From contig CAVUOU010000034.1 in assembly GCA_963743085.1 (NCBI GenBank), positions 3,679 through 67,678 on the forward strand: a stretch of DNA of 64,000 nucleotides, given 5' to 3'. Shown here one piece after another: positions 41,982 to 50,986 of this stretch. Position numbers and translations under genes: made by a program. The notes beneath the pieces are model-generated. The model saw only the letters and a list, made by a program, of their open reading frames with translations, searched no databases and was not told where the DNA came from. Origin of the DNA: an uncultured Actinomycetota bacterium. GTDB taxonomy: Bacteria; Actinomycetota; Actinomycetes; Streptosporangiales; Streptosporangiaceae. Position 1 is the stretch's first letter, and each line of letters opens with the position of its first letter.

Positions 41982-42839
41982 TTAGTCCTTCTTAGCAGGC
42001 AGCCGGTCAAGGATCTCGTGGAGCAGTTTCGTGTGCTCCCCGAGAACCATGGTGTGTTCGTCCTGGACCGTCTTGAGGGTGCCGACGTCGGTTTTGAGTG
42101 TGCTGACGTCGGTTTTGAGGGTGCCTACGTCGGTCTTGAGGGTCTTGACGTCGGTCTTGAGGACCGCGGTGTCGGCCTTGAGGGTCTTGACGTCGGTCTT
42201 GAGGACCGCGGTGTCGGCCTTGAGGGTCTTGACGTCGGTCTTGAGGACCGCGGTGTCGGCCTTGAGGATCTTGACGTCGGTCTTGAGGACCGCGGTGTCG
42301 GCCTTGAGGATCTTGACGTCGGTTTTAAGGACCGCGGTGTCGGCCTTGAGGGTCTTGACGTCGGTTTTAAGGACCGCGGTGTCGGCCTTGAGGACTGCGG
42401 TGTCTTTCTTCAGGGTGCTGACGTCGGTTTTGAGGATGGCGACGTCGGTCTTGAGGACTGCGGTGTCTTTCTTCAGGGTGCTGACGTCGGTTTTGAGGAT
42501 GGCGACGTCGGTCTTGAGGACTGCGGTGTCTTTCTTCAGGGTGCTGACGTCGGTTTTGAGGATGGCGACGTCGGTTTTGAGGGCCGCGGTGTCTTTCTTC
42601 AGGGTGCTGACGTCAGCTTTGAGGACCGCGGTGTCGGTTTTGAGGATGGCGACGTCGGTTTTGAGGGCCGCAGTGTCCTTCTTCAGCGTGCTGAAGTTTG
42701 TCTTGAGAGACTGGACGTCCTTCTTGAGGGCTTTGACATCGATGTGGACGTCGGTGATGCGGCTGGACAGAACCTTGATCTGTCCTTCCCCAGCCCACGC
42801 TTCCAGACGTTCCACCCGCTCCTCCAGCTGAAGGGCCAT
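41982..42839 (-). CDS. coiled-coil protein built from about 35 tandem heptads (LKTDVxx / LKADTAV)
   Basis: The translation is almost entirely V/T-LK-T/A/K-D-T/V-A/S/K heptads (a Lys- and Asp-rich coiled-coil repeat protein). Convergent with geoA. Confidence 0.5.
   Translation of the reverse strand: MALQLEERVERLEAWAGEGQIKVLSSRITDVHIDVKALKKDVQSLKTNFSTLKKDTAALKTDVAILKTDTAVLKADVSTLKKDTAALKTDVAILKTDVSTLKKDTAVLKTDVAILKTDVSTLKKDTAVLKTDVAILKTDVSTLKKDTAVLKADTAVLKTDVKTLKADTAVLKTDVKILKADTAVLKTDVKILKADTAVLKTDVKTLKADTAVLKTDVKTLKADTAVLKTDVKTLKTDVGTLKTDVSTLKTDVGTLKTVQDEHTMVLGEHTKLLHEILDRLPAKKD
42060..42760. repeat. tandem 21-bp (42/63-bp super-unit) DNA repeats encoding the heptad array
   Basis: Reiterated gtcttgacgtcggtcttgaggaccgcggtgtcggccttgagg-like units. 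Confidence 0.75.
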
Positions 42840-42979
42840 AGTTCCCGCTCCTAGCGTAGCGAAGTCGCGATCCAGGGGGGTTTGGGAGGCGCGATCTCCG
42901 GGCCGACGATAACGGATCGGCCGGTGACTAAATGTAGCGAGGGGTACTGACATTCTGTCGAGCGAATTACCATACGGTC

Positions 42980-43771
42980 ATGAGCGACAACGCGGTCAAC
43001 CTGGTCCGGCATGACGCCGCCGCCATCATCGAGCTGAACCGCCCGGATCGGATGAACGCCTGGAGCGATCAGCTGTCCGCCGAGCTGCTGACGGCGGTGC
43101 AGGCTGTCGCGGAGGACCCGGCTACCCGGGCGGTCCTGATCACTGGCGCGGGCCGCGCGTTTTCATCCGGCGCGGATCTCAAGGAAGGCATCGATCTTTT
43201 CAAGTCCGGAAACTTCGATCCGTACAAGATACTGACGCAGCGCTACCACCCGATCATCTCCGCGATCCGGGAGATGGCCAAGCCGGTCGTCGCCGCCGTC
43301 AACGGTCCGTGTGCCGGAGTCGGGGTATCTCTCGCGCTAGCCTGCGACCTCGTGGTCGCGACCCAGTCGTCGTATTTCTCGCTGGCTTTCGTCAACATCG
43401 GGCTGGTACCCGACGGCGGATCGAGCGTGTTCGTGCCGTCGCGGGTCGGGTTCGCCCGGGCCGCGGAGATGGCGCTTCTTGGCGAACCGGTCGCTGCCGA
43501 GCAGGCCGCCGAATGGGGCCTGATCAACAGGGTGTACGCCGACGAGGTCTTTGCCGACGAATCCCGCGCGCTGGTGACTCGCCTAGCCGCCGGTCCGACC
43601 AAGTCCTATGCCGGGACGAAGCGCCAGCTCAACCGCTGGATGTACTCCACGATGGCGGATCAGCTCGAGTTCGAGGCCAGTATCCAGGGCGAGATGGCCG
43701 TTTCCGCCGATTTCGCCGAAGGCCTGGCCGCCTTCACCGAGAAGCGCCCGCCGAAATTCACCGGCGCGTGA
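42980..43771 (+). CDS. enoyl-CoA hydratase/isomerase (crotonase) family protein
   Basis: ITGAGRAFSSGADLKE oxyanion-hole motif. 263 aa. Confidence 0.8.
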   Translation: MSDNAVNLVRHDAAAIIELNRPDRMNAWSDQLSAELLTAVQAVAEDPATRAVLITGAGRAFSSGADLKEGIDLFKSGNFDPYKILTQRYHPIISAIREMAKPVVAAVNGPCAGVGVSLALACDLVVATQSSYFSLAFVNIGLVPDGGSSVFVPSRVGFARAAEMALLGEPVAAEQAAEWGLINRVYADEVFADESRALVTRLAAGPTKSYAGTKRQLNRWMYSTMADQLEFEASIQGEMAVSADFAEGLAAFTEKRPPKFTGA

Positions 43772-43891
43772 CGGCCCCCTGCTGGTTAATGCCGCATCAA
43801 CCAGAGCGGCGCTCCGGGCGGCGGCCCGCAGCGAGCAGCCCGTTCCGTCCGGCAATGCCCGGAGCCGAGGTCAGGGCATTCCGGGCTGCGG

Positions 43892-43946
43892 TCATGATCG
43901 TGGGCTGAAACGACCAGATACTGGTCGTTTCAGCCCACGATCATGA
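43892..43946. terminator. perfect 26-bp-arm palindrome (tcatgatcgtgggctgaaacgaccag-ata-ctggtcgtttcagcccacgatcatga)
   Basis: Read from the sequence, about 120 bp after the hydratase stop. No U-tract. Confidence 0.35.
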
Positions 43947-44282
43947 GACCATGGCGTCGCACGCCCCAGTGTGCCCGAAGGGCGAGAGCTTTCTTAAGTT
44001 CCTGCCATTGGAAAAGAAGCTGGGGAGTGCAGCACCCACCAGGAACCGGGCACCCCTCAGGCGATCACACAAGAAACATCTGCACTGCCAGCACCACGAC
44101 CATCAACAGCACGCGCCTTCGGCGGCGGGCGCGGGTGCGGCAGCGACCCCCAGCCCGCTACCCGCCACTCCGCCTCGCTGTCACGCCACCGCGATCATTC
44201 TCCGGGGATCAGGCAGGCTTTGCTTGATAATGCCGCACCAACCAGCAAAGCCTGCGTCAGGCAAACGCTACCGTGGGCACTC

Positions 44283-45029
44283 ATGGAGACCAAGATCGCC
44301 GTCGTCACCGGGGCCGGCGCGGGCCTGGGGCGGGACATCACACTGACCCTCGCCGCCGATGGGTGGCAGATCGCGGCGGCGGGGCGCCGCCCGGACCCGT
44401 TGGAGGAGGTCGCCGCGGCCGCGCCACCGGGTGCCGTGCTGCCGGTCCAGACCGATGTGTCCGACCCGGCCCAGGTGGCCGCGTTGTTCGCCGCCGTGCG
44501 ATCCCGGTGGGGGAGGGTCGACCTGCTGGTGAACAACGCGGGCGTGTTCGGCCCGGCCGGCGCGGTCGACGAACTGTCGCCGCAAGGCTGGCAGCAGATC
44601 GTGGACATCAACCTGACCGGTTCGTTCCTGTGCGCGCACCACGCGGTGCGGCTGATGAAGGAGCAGGACCCACGGGGCGGCCGGATCATCAACAACGGCT
44701 CCATCTCCGCGCACGTCCCGAGGCCGGCCAGCGTCGGCTACACCGCGACGAAACACGCGATCACCGGCCTGACGAAATCGATCTCCCTCGACGGGCGGGC
44801 CCACAACATCGCGTGCGGCCAGATCGATATCGGCAACGCGGCCACCGAAATGACGGCCGGGATAAGCAAAGGCGCTCTGCAGGCTAACGGCGAGCGGCGG
44901 CCAGAACCGGTCTTCGACGCCCGTCACGTGGCCGATGCCGTGCGGTACATGGCGTCGCTGCCGCTTGATGCGAACGTTCAGTTCATGACCGTGATGGCCA
45001 CCGCGATGCCCTATATCGGGCGAGGCTGA
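44283..45029 (+). CDS. SDR-family oxidoreductase
   Basis: [13 protein letters not shown] glycine-rich motif. NNAG. Y/K catalytic region. Confidence 0.75.
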   Translation: METKIAVVTGAGAGLGRDITLTLAADGWQIAAAGRRPDPLEEVAAAAPPGAVLPVQTDVSDPAQVAALFAAVRSRWGRVDLLVNNAGVFGPAGAVDELSPQGWQQIVDINLTGSFLCAHHAVRLMKEQDPRGGRIINNGSISAHVPRPASVGYTATKHAITGLTKSISLDGRAHNIACGQIDIGNAATEMTAGISKGALQANGERRPEPVFDARHVADAVRYMASLPLDANVQFMTVMATAMPYIGRG

Positions 45030-45064
45030 ATATCGAGCGAGGCTGAATATCGAGCGAGGCTGAA
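45014..45064. repeat. 17-bp direct repeat x3 (tatcg[ga]gcgaggctgaa) overlapping the SDR stop codon
   Basis: Read from the sequence. Confidence 0.7.
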
Positions 45065-45070
45065 AAGAGT

Positions 45071-45123
45071 GTGTCCGCCGGCCCGGGCGTCCGCTGCGGA
45101 CGGACGGCCGGGCCGGCGGACAC
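45071..45123. terminator. GC-rich 16-bp-stem hairpin between convergent SDR and nadK
   Basis: gtgtccgccggcccgg ... ccgggccggcggacac arms. Confidence 0.5.
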
Positions 45124-45211
45124 CAGCAGAACCCAGGACGGGGGGGCACCCGGGGTTCCGCATGCGGGGAAAAGGCCCTCATACGTAACAACGCCGACGC
45201 CCTGCGTGGCG

Positions 45212-46105
45212 TTACACCTCCACGGCGGGAGCCGCGATTTCCGCGGAATCGGTGATCCGCAGCTTGCGCCGGGCCCGTTGGTAGAACGTGGTCTGCCCGA
45301 GCCGGATCACCCGCGCGGCGCCGGTCCTGGCGGTGATCCGCAGTTGGTCGCCCGCTACGACATAGCCGCCAACCGGCCCATCCACCTCGACCGCGAGCCG
45401 TCCGCTGCCGGACAGTACCTCGAGCGTGACGGAGTCGGCCAAGGACAGCACAACACCTCTGTTATAGGCGGAATGCGGTGAAGCCGGCGTCACGATCAGC
45501 GCGTCCACTGTCGGCGCGACGATCGGCCCGCCCGCTGAGAAGCTGTAGGCCGTCGAGCCGGTGGGGGTCGATACCACGACCGCGTCGGCCGCGTAGGACA
45601 CGAAAGGATCGCCGCCAACCCGCACCGCCACGAGCGCCGCGCCGTCGCCCGGCACCCGGACCGTGGCGATGTCGTTGAACGCGGTGACCGTCACTCCGCC
45701 GAGCACCGAATCAATCGCCAGCCGCGGCTCAATGGTGAACTCTTGCCGCTCGATCGCCGACAACGCGGCCGGCACATCGGGGACGTCGATTTCCGCCAGG
45801 AACCCGAGCTTGCCCAGGTTCACCCCGAGCACCGGCGTCGGCTCGACGCCCGGGTGGCACACCCCGTCCGACAGCCGCATCGCCCGCAGCATCGTGCCAT
45901 CCCCGCCCAGGCTGACCAGCAGGTCGCAGTGCTTGGCAAGCTGGTCGGCGGGCACCGCGACCGCCGCGCAGCGCAGCCGCTGCACCTCGTCGTCGATGCC
46001 GTAGACGGTCTTGCCGCTGCGTTGCGCCCAGCTGAGGATCTCCTCGACGGCTTCCGCCGAGTCACGCTTAGGGTGCAGCACCATCCCTACCGAATGCATC
46101 AGCAC
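45212..46105 (-). CDS. nadK: NAD(+) kinase
   Basis: LLVSLGGDGTMLRA motif. Confidence 0.8.
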   Translation of the reverse strand: MLMHSVGMVLHPKRDSAEAVEEILSWAQRSGKTVYGIDDEVQRLRCAAVAVPADQLAKHCDLLVSLGGDGTMLRAMRLSDGVCHPGVEPTPVLGVNLGKLGFLAEIDVPDVPAALSAIERQEFTIEPRLAIDSVLGGVTVTAFNDIATVRVPGDGAALVAVRVGGDPFVSYAADAVVVSTPTGSTAYSFSAGGPIVAPTVDALIVTPASPHSAYNRGVVLSLADSVTLEVLSGSGRLAVEVDGPVGGYVVAGDQLRITARTGAARVIRLGQTTFYQRARRKLRITDSAEIAAPAVEV

Positions 46106-47485
46106 TCACATCCCGTACGTTTCCAGCAGGCGCAGCCATACTTCGCTCATTGTCGGGTACGACGGCACGGACTGCCAGAGCGTGTCAAGCGGCACTGCTC
46201 CCGCGACCGCGATCGTCGCGGCGTGGATCATCTCGCCCGTGCCCGGACCGACGAACGTCACACCCAGCAGCACCCGCCGGTCCTCATCCACCACCATCCG
46301 GGCCTGGCCGGAATATCGGTCCTCGAACAGCGACGCTCCCGCGACCGAGCCCAGGTCGTAGTCCACGACCCGGGTCCGGTATCCGGTGGTGATCGCCTCC
46401 GCCGCGGTGAGGCCGACCGACGCGACCTCGGGGATGGTGAAGACCACCTGCGGTACCGGCGCGGTCGCCAGGACCGAGGGCTGTTCGCTGCGGGCACGGG
46501 CCGCGATCGCGTCGCCGCAGACCCGCGCCTGGTACTTGCCCATGTGAGTGAGCAACGCCCGGTTAGTCACGTCACCCGCGGCGTAAAGCCAGTCTCCGTC
46601 GACCCCAAGGACCCGCATGGTGTCGTCGGTGTCCAGCCATGCTCCTGGGTGTAGCCCAGCGTGCTCAAGCCCGATGTCGTCGGTACGCGGTGCGCGGCCG
46701 GTCGCCGCGAGCACCTCGTCGGAGGTCACCCGGGTCCCGTCGGCCAGCGTCAGCGTCACCTTGCCAGAGCCGTCGCGGGTCGCCGACAATACGGACGCGT
46801 TGGTCCGCACGTCCACTCCCGCGGCGCGTAGCCCGTCGGCAACGAGCTGGCCAGCGAAGTCCTCTGACCGGTCAAGCAGACCGCCGCGCGAGAGCAGTGT
46901 GACTCGTACCCCGAGCGCTGACCACGCCGCGGCCATCTCGCAGCCGACCACGCCACCGCCGACGATCGCCAGTCGCTCCGGCACCGCCGGCCCCTCGGGC
47001 GCCCCGGCACTGGTCGCCTCACGGCTGGTCCACGGTTTGACCTCGGCCAGTGCTGGCGGCACCATCGCGCGGCTCCCGGTGCACACCACCACCGCGCGCC
47101 GCGCTTGATACTGCGTGCCCGCGACCTCGACGGCCCGGATCCCGGTGATCTTGCCGCTGCCTCGGACCAGGTCGATGCCCGCGCTTTTGACCCAGTCGAC
47201 CTGGGAGTCGTCGTTCCAGTCATGGGCGAAAGAGTCTCGCCGGGCCAGCACCTCAGGAGTGACCAACCTAGCCCCGGTGACGCCGCCCAGGTGCTCGGCT
47301 TCGCTGACCGCGCTGACCGGGCGCAGCAGCGCCTTGGACGGCATGCACGCCCAGTAGGAGCATTCGCCGCCCACCAGCTCGGATTCGACAAGCAGCGCCG
47401 AAAGGCCGCCCTTGACCGCACGGTCCGCGACGTTCTCCCCGGTCGGTCCCGCACCGATCACGATCACGTGATAGGTCTCGGTCAT
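46106..47485 (-). CDS. class I pyridine nucleotide-disulfide oxidoreductase (Lpd/mycothione-reductase-like)
   Basis: HVIVIGAGPTG FAD-binding fold. GGECSYWACMPSK redox-active disulfide. IVGGGVVGCE NAD fold. Confidence 0.7.
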   Translation of the reverse strand: MTETYHVIVIGAGPTGENVADRAVKGGLSALLVESELVGGECSYWACMPSKALLRPVSAVSEAEHLGGVTGARLVTPEVLARRDSFAHDWNDDSQVDWVKSAGIDLVRGSGKITGIRAVEVAGTQYQARRAVVVCTGSRAMVPPALAEVKPWTSREATSAGAPEGPAVPERLAIVGGGVVGCEMAAAWSALGVRVTLLSRGGLLDRSEDFAGQLVADGLRAAGVDVRTNASVLSATRDGSGKVTLTLADGTRVTSDEVLAATGRAPRTDDIGLEHAGLHPGAWLDTDDTMRVLGVDGDWLYAAGDVTNRALLTHMGKYQARVCGDAIAARARSEQPSVLATAPVPQVVFTIPEVASVGLTAAEAITTGYRTRVVDYDLGSVAGASLFEDRYSGQARMVVDEDRRVLLGVTFVGPGTGEMIHAATIAVAGAVPLDTLWQSVPSYPTMSEVWLRLLETYGM

Positions 47486-48921
47486 TGTTCAACCCCTGTC
47501 ATACGCGCCGGGTCGACCACCCGGTCGAATTCATCGGCCCCGATATACCCGCTGGCGATCGCCGCTTCGCGCAACGTGGTGTTCTCCGCGCTGGCCTTGT
47601 GGGCGATTTCTGCGGCTTTGTCGTAGCCAATAGCGGGCGAGAGGGCAGTCACCAGCATCAGCGACCGTCCGGTGAGTTCGTCGATGCGCTCGCGGTTGAG
47701 TTCCGTCCCCCGGACACAGTGGATGTCGAGCGAGCCGCACGCGTCGCCGAGAATATTCGCCGACCGCAGCACGTTACCGGCGATTAGCGGCCGCATCGTG
47801 TTCAGTTCCAGGTTCCCTTGGGCCGCGGCCGACGCGACGATGGCGTCGTTGCCCAGCACCTGCAGGCAGACCATGATCGCCGCTTCGCACTGGGTCGGGT
47901 TGACCTTGCCCGGCATGATGGACGATCCGGGCTCGTTCGGCGGGAGAACAAGCTCGCCCAGACCGCATCGCGGCCCGGACGCCAGCCACCGCAGGTCGTT
48001 GGCGAACTTCATTACCGCGGCGGCCAGCCCGCGCAACCCGGCCGAGGCGGCGGCCATCGCGTCCGCGCCGGCCAGCGCGGCGAACTTGTTCGGCGCGGTG
48101 CGGTATGGATGTCCGGTTTCGTTGGCGATCTGGGCCGCCACCGCCTCGGCGAAGCCCGGCGGCGCGTTCAGGCCGGTCCCGACCGCCGTTCCGCCGACAG
48201 CCAGCTCATGCAGCCCGTCCACCGAGCGCTCGAGCGCGTCGATGGTGGCACTTAGCTGAGCCGCGTAACCGGACCACTCCTGCCCGACGGTGAGCGGGAC
48301 GGCGTCCTGGAGATGGGTACGCCCCGTTTTGGTCACGTCGTACCACTGCTTGGCTTTGGCTGACACCGTGTCGCGCAGTCCACGGGCCTGGGGGAGTACC
48401 CGTTCGCGCAGCGCCCGCACGGTGGCGATGTGCATCGCGGTGGGAAACGTGTCGTTAGACGACTGGCCCATGTTCACGTCGTCGTTGGGGTGCACCGGTT
48501 TCTTGCTGCCGAGCTCGCCGCCCGCCAGCTGGATCGCCCGGTTGCTGATCACCTCGTTGACGTTCATGTTGGTCTGCGTGCCCGATCCCGTCTGCCACAG
48601 GCAGAGCGGGAAGTTCTCATCCAGTTCGCCGCGGGTCACCTCGTCGGCTACCCGGGCGATCAGGTCCGACTTCCAGCTGGGCAGTCGTCCGGCCTCGCCG
48701 TTCACCAGCGCCGCGGCCTTCTTCACCAGCCCGAGCGCGTGGTAGACCTCGATAGGCATCCGCTCGCCGCCGATCGCGAAGTTCCGCAGCGACCGCTCGG
48801 TTTGCGCGCCCCAGTACCTGTTCGCTGGTACCTCGACCGCGCCCATTGAGTCGGTCTCCCGGCGCACGCCAGTGGCGCTAATTCCTGCGGGTATGTCCGA
48901 GATTTCGGGACCATCCTCCAT
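47482..48921 (-). CDS. fumC: class II fumarate hydratase
   Basis: GSSIMPGKVNPTQCEA signature. 479 aa. Confidence 0.85.
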   Translation of the reverse strand: MEDGPEISDIPAGISATGVRRETDSMGAVEVPANRYWGAQTERSLRNFAIGGERMPIEVYHALGLVKKAAALVNGEAGRLPSWKSDLIARVADEVTRGELDENFPLCLWQTGSGTQTNMNVNEVISNRAIQLAGGELGSKKPVHPNDDVNMGQSSNDTFPTAMHIATVRALRERVLPQARGLRDTVSAKAKQWYDVTKTGRTHLQDAVPLTVGQEWSGYAAQLSATIDALERSVDGLHELAVGGTAVGTGLNAPPGFAEAVAAQIANETGHPYRTAPNKFAALAGADAMAAASAGLRGLAAAVMKFANDLRWLASGPRCGLGELVLPPNEPGSSIMPGKVNPTQCEAAIMVCLQVLGNDAIVASAAAQGNLELNTMRPLIAGNVLRSANILGDACGSLDIHCVRGTELNRERIDELTGRSLMLVTALSPAIGYDKAAEIAHKASAENTTLREAAIASGYIGADEFDRVVDPARMTGVEQ

Positions 48922-48951
48922 GGTTCAACCCTCTCATACACCCGCCATCGT

Positions 48952-49011
48952 GCGGTTGAGGCGGCTGCGGTTGAGGCGGCCGCGGTTGAGGCGGCCGCGG
49001 TTGAGGCGGCT
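48952..49011. repeat. 15-bp direct repeat x4 (gcggttgaggcggc[ct]) in the fumC / DyP divergent promoter region
   Basis: Read from the sequence. A second, diverged 25-bp repeat pair follows at about 49033-49088. Confidence 0.75.
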
Positions 49012-49115
49012 GCGGCACGCTGCTCCCGCGACCCCAGCGATGGGTCATCGATAGCGCTCCAGCCCCTGCGATGGGCCATCGACGGCCCGGCATCACGAGG
49101 CGCTAGAGTGTCGCT

Positions 49116-50135
49116 GTGGATCAATGGGGGCATAAAGCGCCCGTGATAGGAGACGGGCCGGAGCCTCAGCCAGTGCTGAGTCCGCTCACCGAGGCCGCGA
49201 TCTTCCTCGTGCTATCGGTCAGTCCCGGCGGCGAGGACGCTGCCCGGGGCGTACTCGAGGATATGGCGGCGCTGCAGCGGTCGGTTGGCTTCCGGATACC
49301 CGACGGGAAGCTCCAGTGCGTCGCGGCTATCGGCTCCGCCGCCTGGGACCGGCTGCTGCGCGGCCCGAGGCCCAAGGAACTGCATCCGTTCCGTGAGCTG
49401 GCCGGTGCGCGGCACCGCGCGCCCGCTACGGCTGGTGACCTGTTCTTCCATCTGCGGGCGAACCGGATGGACTTGTGCTTCGAGTTCGCCGCGCAGGTGA
49501 TGTACCGGCTGGCCGGGCAGGTCACGGTCAACGACGAGGTGCACGGATTCCGCTACTTCGACGAGCGCGATCTGATCGGCTTCGTCGACGGGACCGAGTC
49601 GCCGTCAGGCACCGCGGGCGTCACCGCCGCCATCGTCACCCAGGCCGACGACCCGGACTTCGCCGGCGGCAGCTACGCCATCGTGCAGAAGTACCTGCAT
49701 GACATGCCGGCGTGGAACGCGCTCCCTATCGAGGAGCAGGAACGGGCGATCGGCCGCAGCAAACTGGACGACATCGAGATACCCGATGACGTCAAGGCGG
49801 TGAACTCGCACGTCGCGCTGAACACGATCACCGACGCCAATGGCGAGGAGCAGAAGATCGTCCGCGCGAACATGCCGTTTGGCGACGTCGGACGGGCCGA
49901 GTTCGGCACCTACTACATCAGCTACGCGGCCACCCCCAGCGTCACCGAGCAGATGCTGACCAACATGTTCATCGGGAACCCACCGGGTAACACCGACCGG
50001 ATTCTCGATTTCTCCACGGCGGTGACGGGCGGATTGTTCTTCGCTCCGTCAGCGGACTTCCTGGACAATCTGCCCGATCCGCCGTCGTCGGGTACGACGA
50101 GCGGGCTCGGGATCGGTTCACTGAAGGGGCAGTAG
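49116..50135 (+). CDS. Dyp-type peroxidase with C-terminal encapsulin targeting peptide
   Basis: DyP fold motifs. The C-terminus SGTTSGLGIGSLKGQ matches the encapsulin cargo-loading peptide. Confidence 0.8.
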   Translation: MDQWGHKAPVIGDGPEPQPVLSPLTEAAIFLVLSVSPGGEDAARGVLEDMAALQRSVGFRIPDGKLQCVAAIGSAAWDRLLRGPRPKELHPFRELAGARHRAPATAGDLFFHLRANRMDLCFEFAAQVMYRLAGQVTVNDEVHGFRYFDERDLIGFVDGTESPSGTAGVTAAIVTQADDPDFAGGSYAIVQKYLHDMPAWNALPIEEQERAIGRSKLDDIEIPDDVKAVNSHVALNTITDANGEEQKIVRANMPFGDVGRAEFGTYYISYAATPSVTEQMLTNMFIGNPPGNTDRILDFSTAVTGGLFFAPSADFLDNLPDPPSSGTTSGLGIGSLKGQ

Positions 50136-50938
50136 TGATGAACAACCTGTACCGCGAGCTGGCGCCAGTGTCGGACGACGCCTGGGCGAGCATCGAGGCC
50201 GAGGCCAAGCGCACTTTCGAGCTGCACGTGGCGGGACGGCGGGTCACCGATGTCACCGGCCCTGACGGGGACGCGCTCGCCGCCCTCGGCACCGGGCACC
50301 GTACGGACATCGACTCCCCGGACGACGGGGTGACGGCCTGGCTGCGCACCGTGCTGCGCGTGGTTGAGTTCCGGGTGCCGTTCACCCTGGCCCGCCGGGA
50401 CATCGACGACGTGGAACGCGGCGCGCAGGACTCCGACTGGCAGCCGGTCAAGGACGCGGCGAAAAAGATCGCGTTCGCCGAGGACCGGGCCATCTTCGAG
50501 GGCTACGAGGCGGCCGGGATCACCGGTATCCGCCCGGCATCGTCGAATGAGCCGCTGACCTTCCCGGCGTCGGTCACCGATTACCCGGACGTGGTCAGCC
50601 GCGCGGTTAGCGAACTGCGGCTCGCCGGGGTCGCGGGACCGTATTCGCTGCTGCTGTCGGCGGACGCCTACACCGCGGTGTCGGAGACGGCCGACCACGG
50701 CTACCCGGTCCGCGACCACCTGGCGAAGGTGATCGACGGCGACATCATCTGGGCGCCCGCGATCGCCGGCGGCGTCGTGCTTTCCGGCCGCGGCGGCGAC
50801 TACGAGCTGCGGCTCGGCCAGGACCTGTCGATCGGTTACCTGTCGCACGACGCCGAGAACGTTCAGCTCTACTTCACCGAGACGTTCACCTTCGCGCTCT
50901 ACACCGCTGAGGCCAGCGTCTCGATCGGCCACGCTTAA
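50135..50938 (+). CDS. family 1 encapsulin nanocompartment shell protein
   Basis: MNNLYRELAPVSDDAWASIEAEAKRTF..GRRVTDV start. Near-colinear with Cfp29-type encapsulins. GTG/ATG start overlaps the DyP stop. Confidence 0.85.
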   Translation: MMNNLYRELAPVSDDAWASIEAEAKRTFELHVAGRRVTDVTGPDGDALAALGTGHRTDIDSPDDGVTAWLRTVLRVVEFRVPFTLARRDIDDVERGAQDSDWQPVKDAAKKIAFAEDRAIFEGYEAAGITGIRPASSNEPLTFPASVTDYPDVVSRAVSELRLAGVAGPYSLLLSADAYTAVSETADHGYPVRDHLAKVIDGDIIWAPAIAGGVVLSGRGGDYELRLGQDLSIGYLSHDAENVQLYFTETFTFALYTAEASVSIGHA

Positions 50939-50943
50939 GCGCC

Positions 50944-50975
50944 CGTCTGGAAACCCGCGTCCACGCGGGTTTCCA
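50944..50975. terminator. 13-bp-stem hairpin ctggaaacccgcg-tcca-cgcgggtttccag between convergent encapsulin and GH53 genes
   Basis: Read from the sequence. Confidence 0.5.
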
Positions 50976-50986
50976 GACACAGGTTC

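Noticed and set aside
42060-42760. Repeat array considered as CRISPR
   Set aside because: Units are 21 bp with no spacers. They lie inside an open reading frame and encode a heptad-repeat protein.
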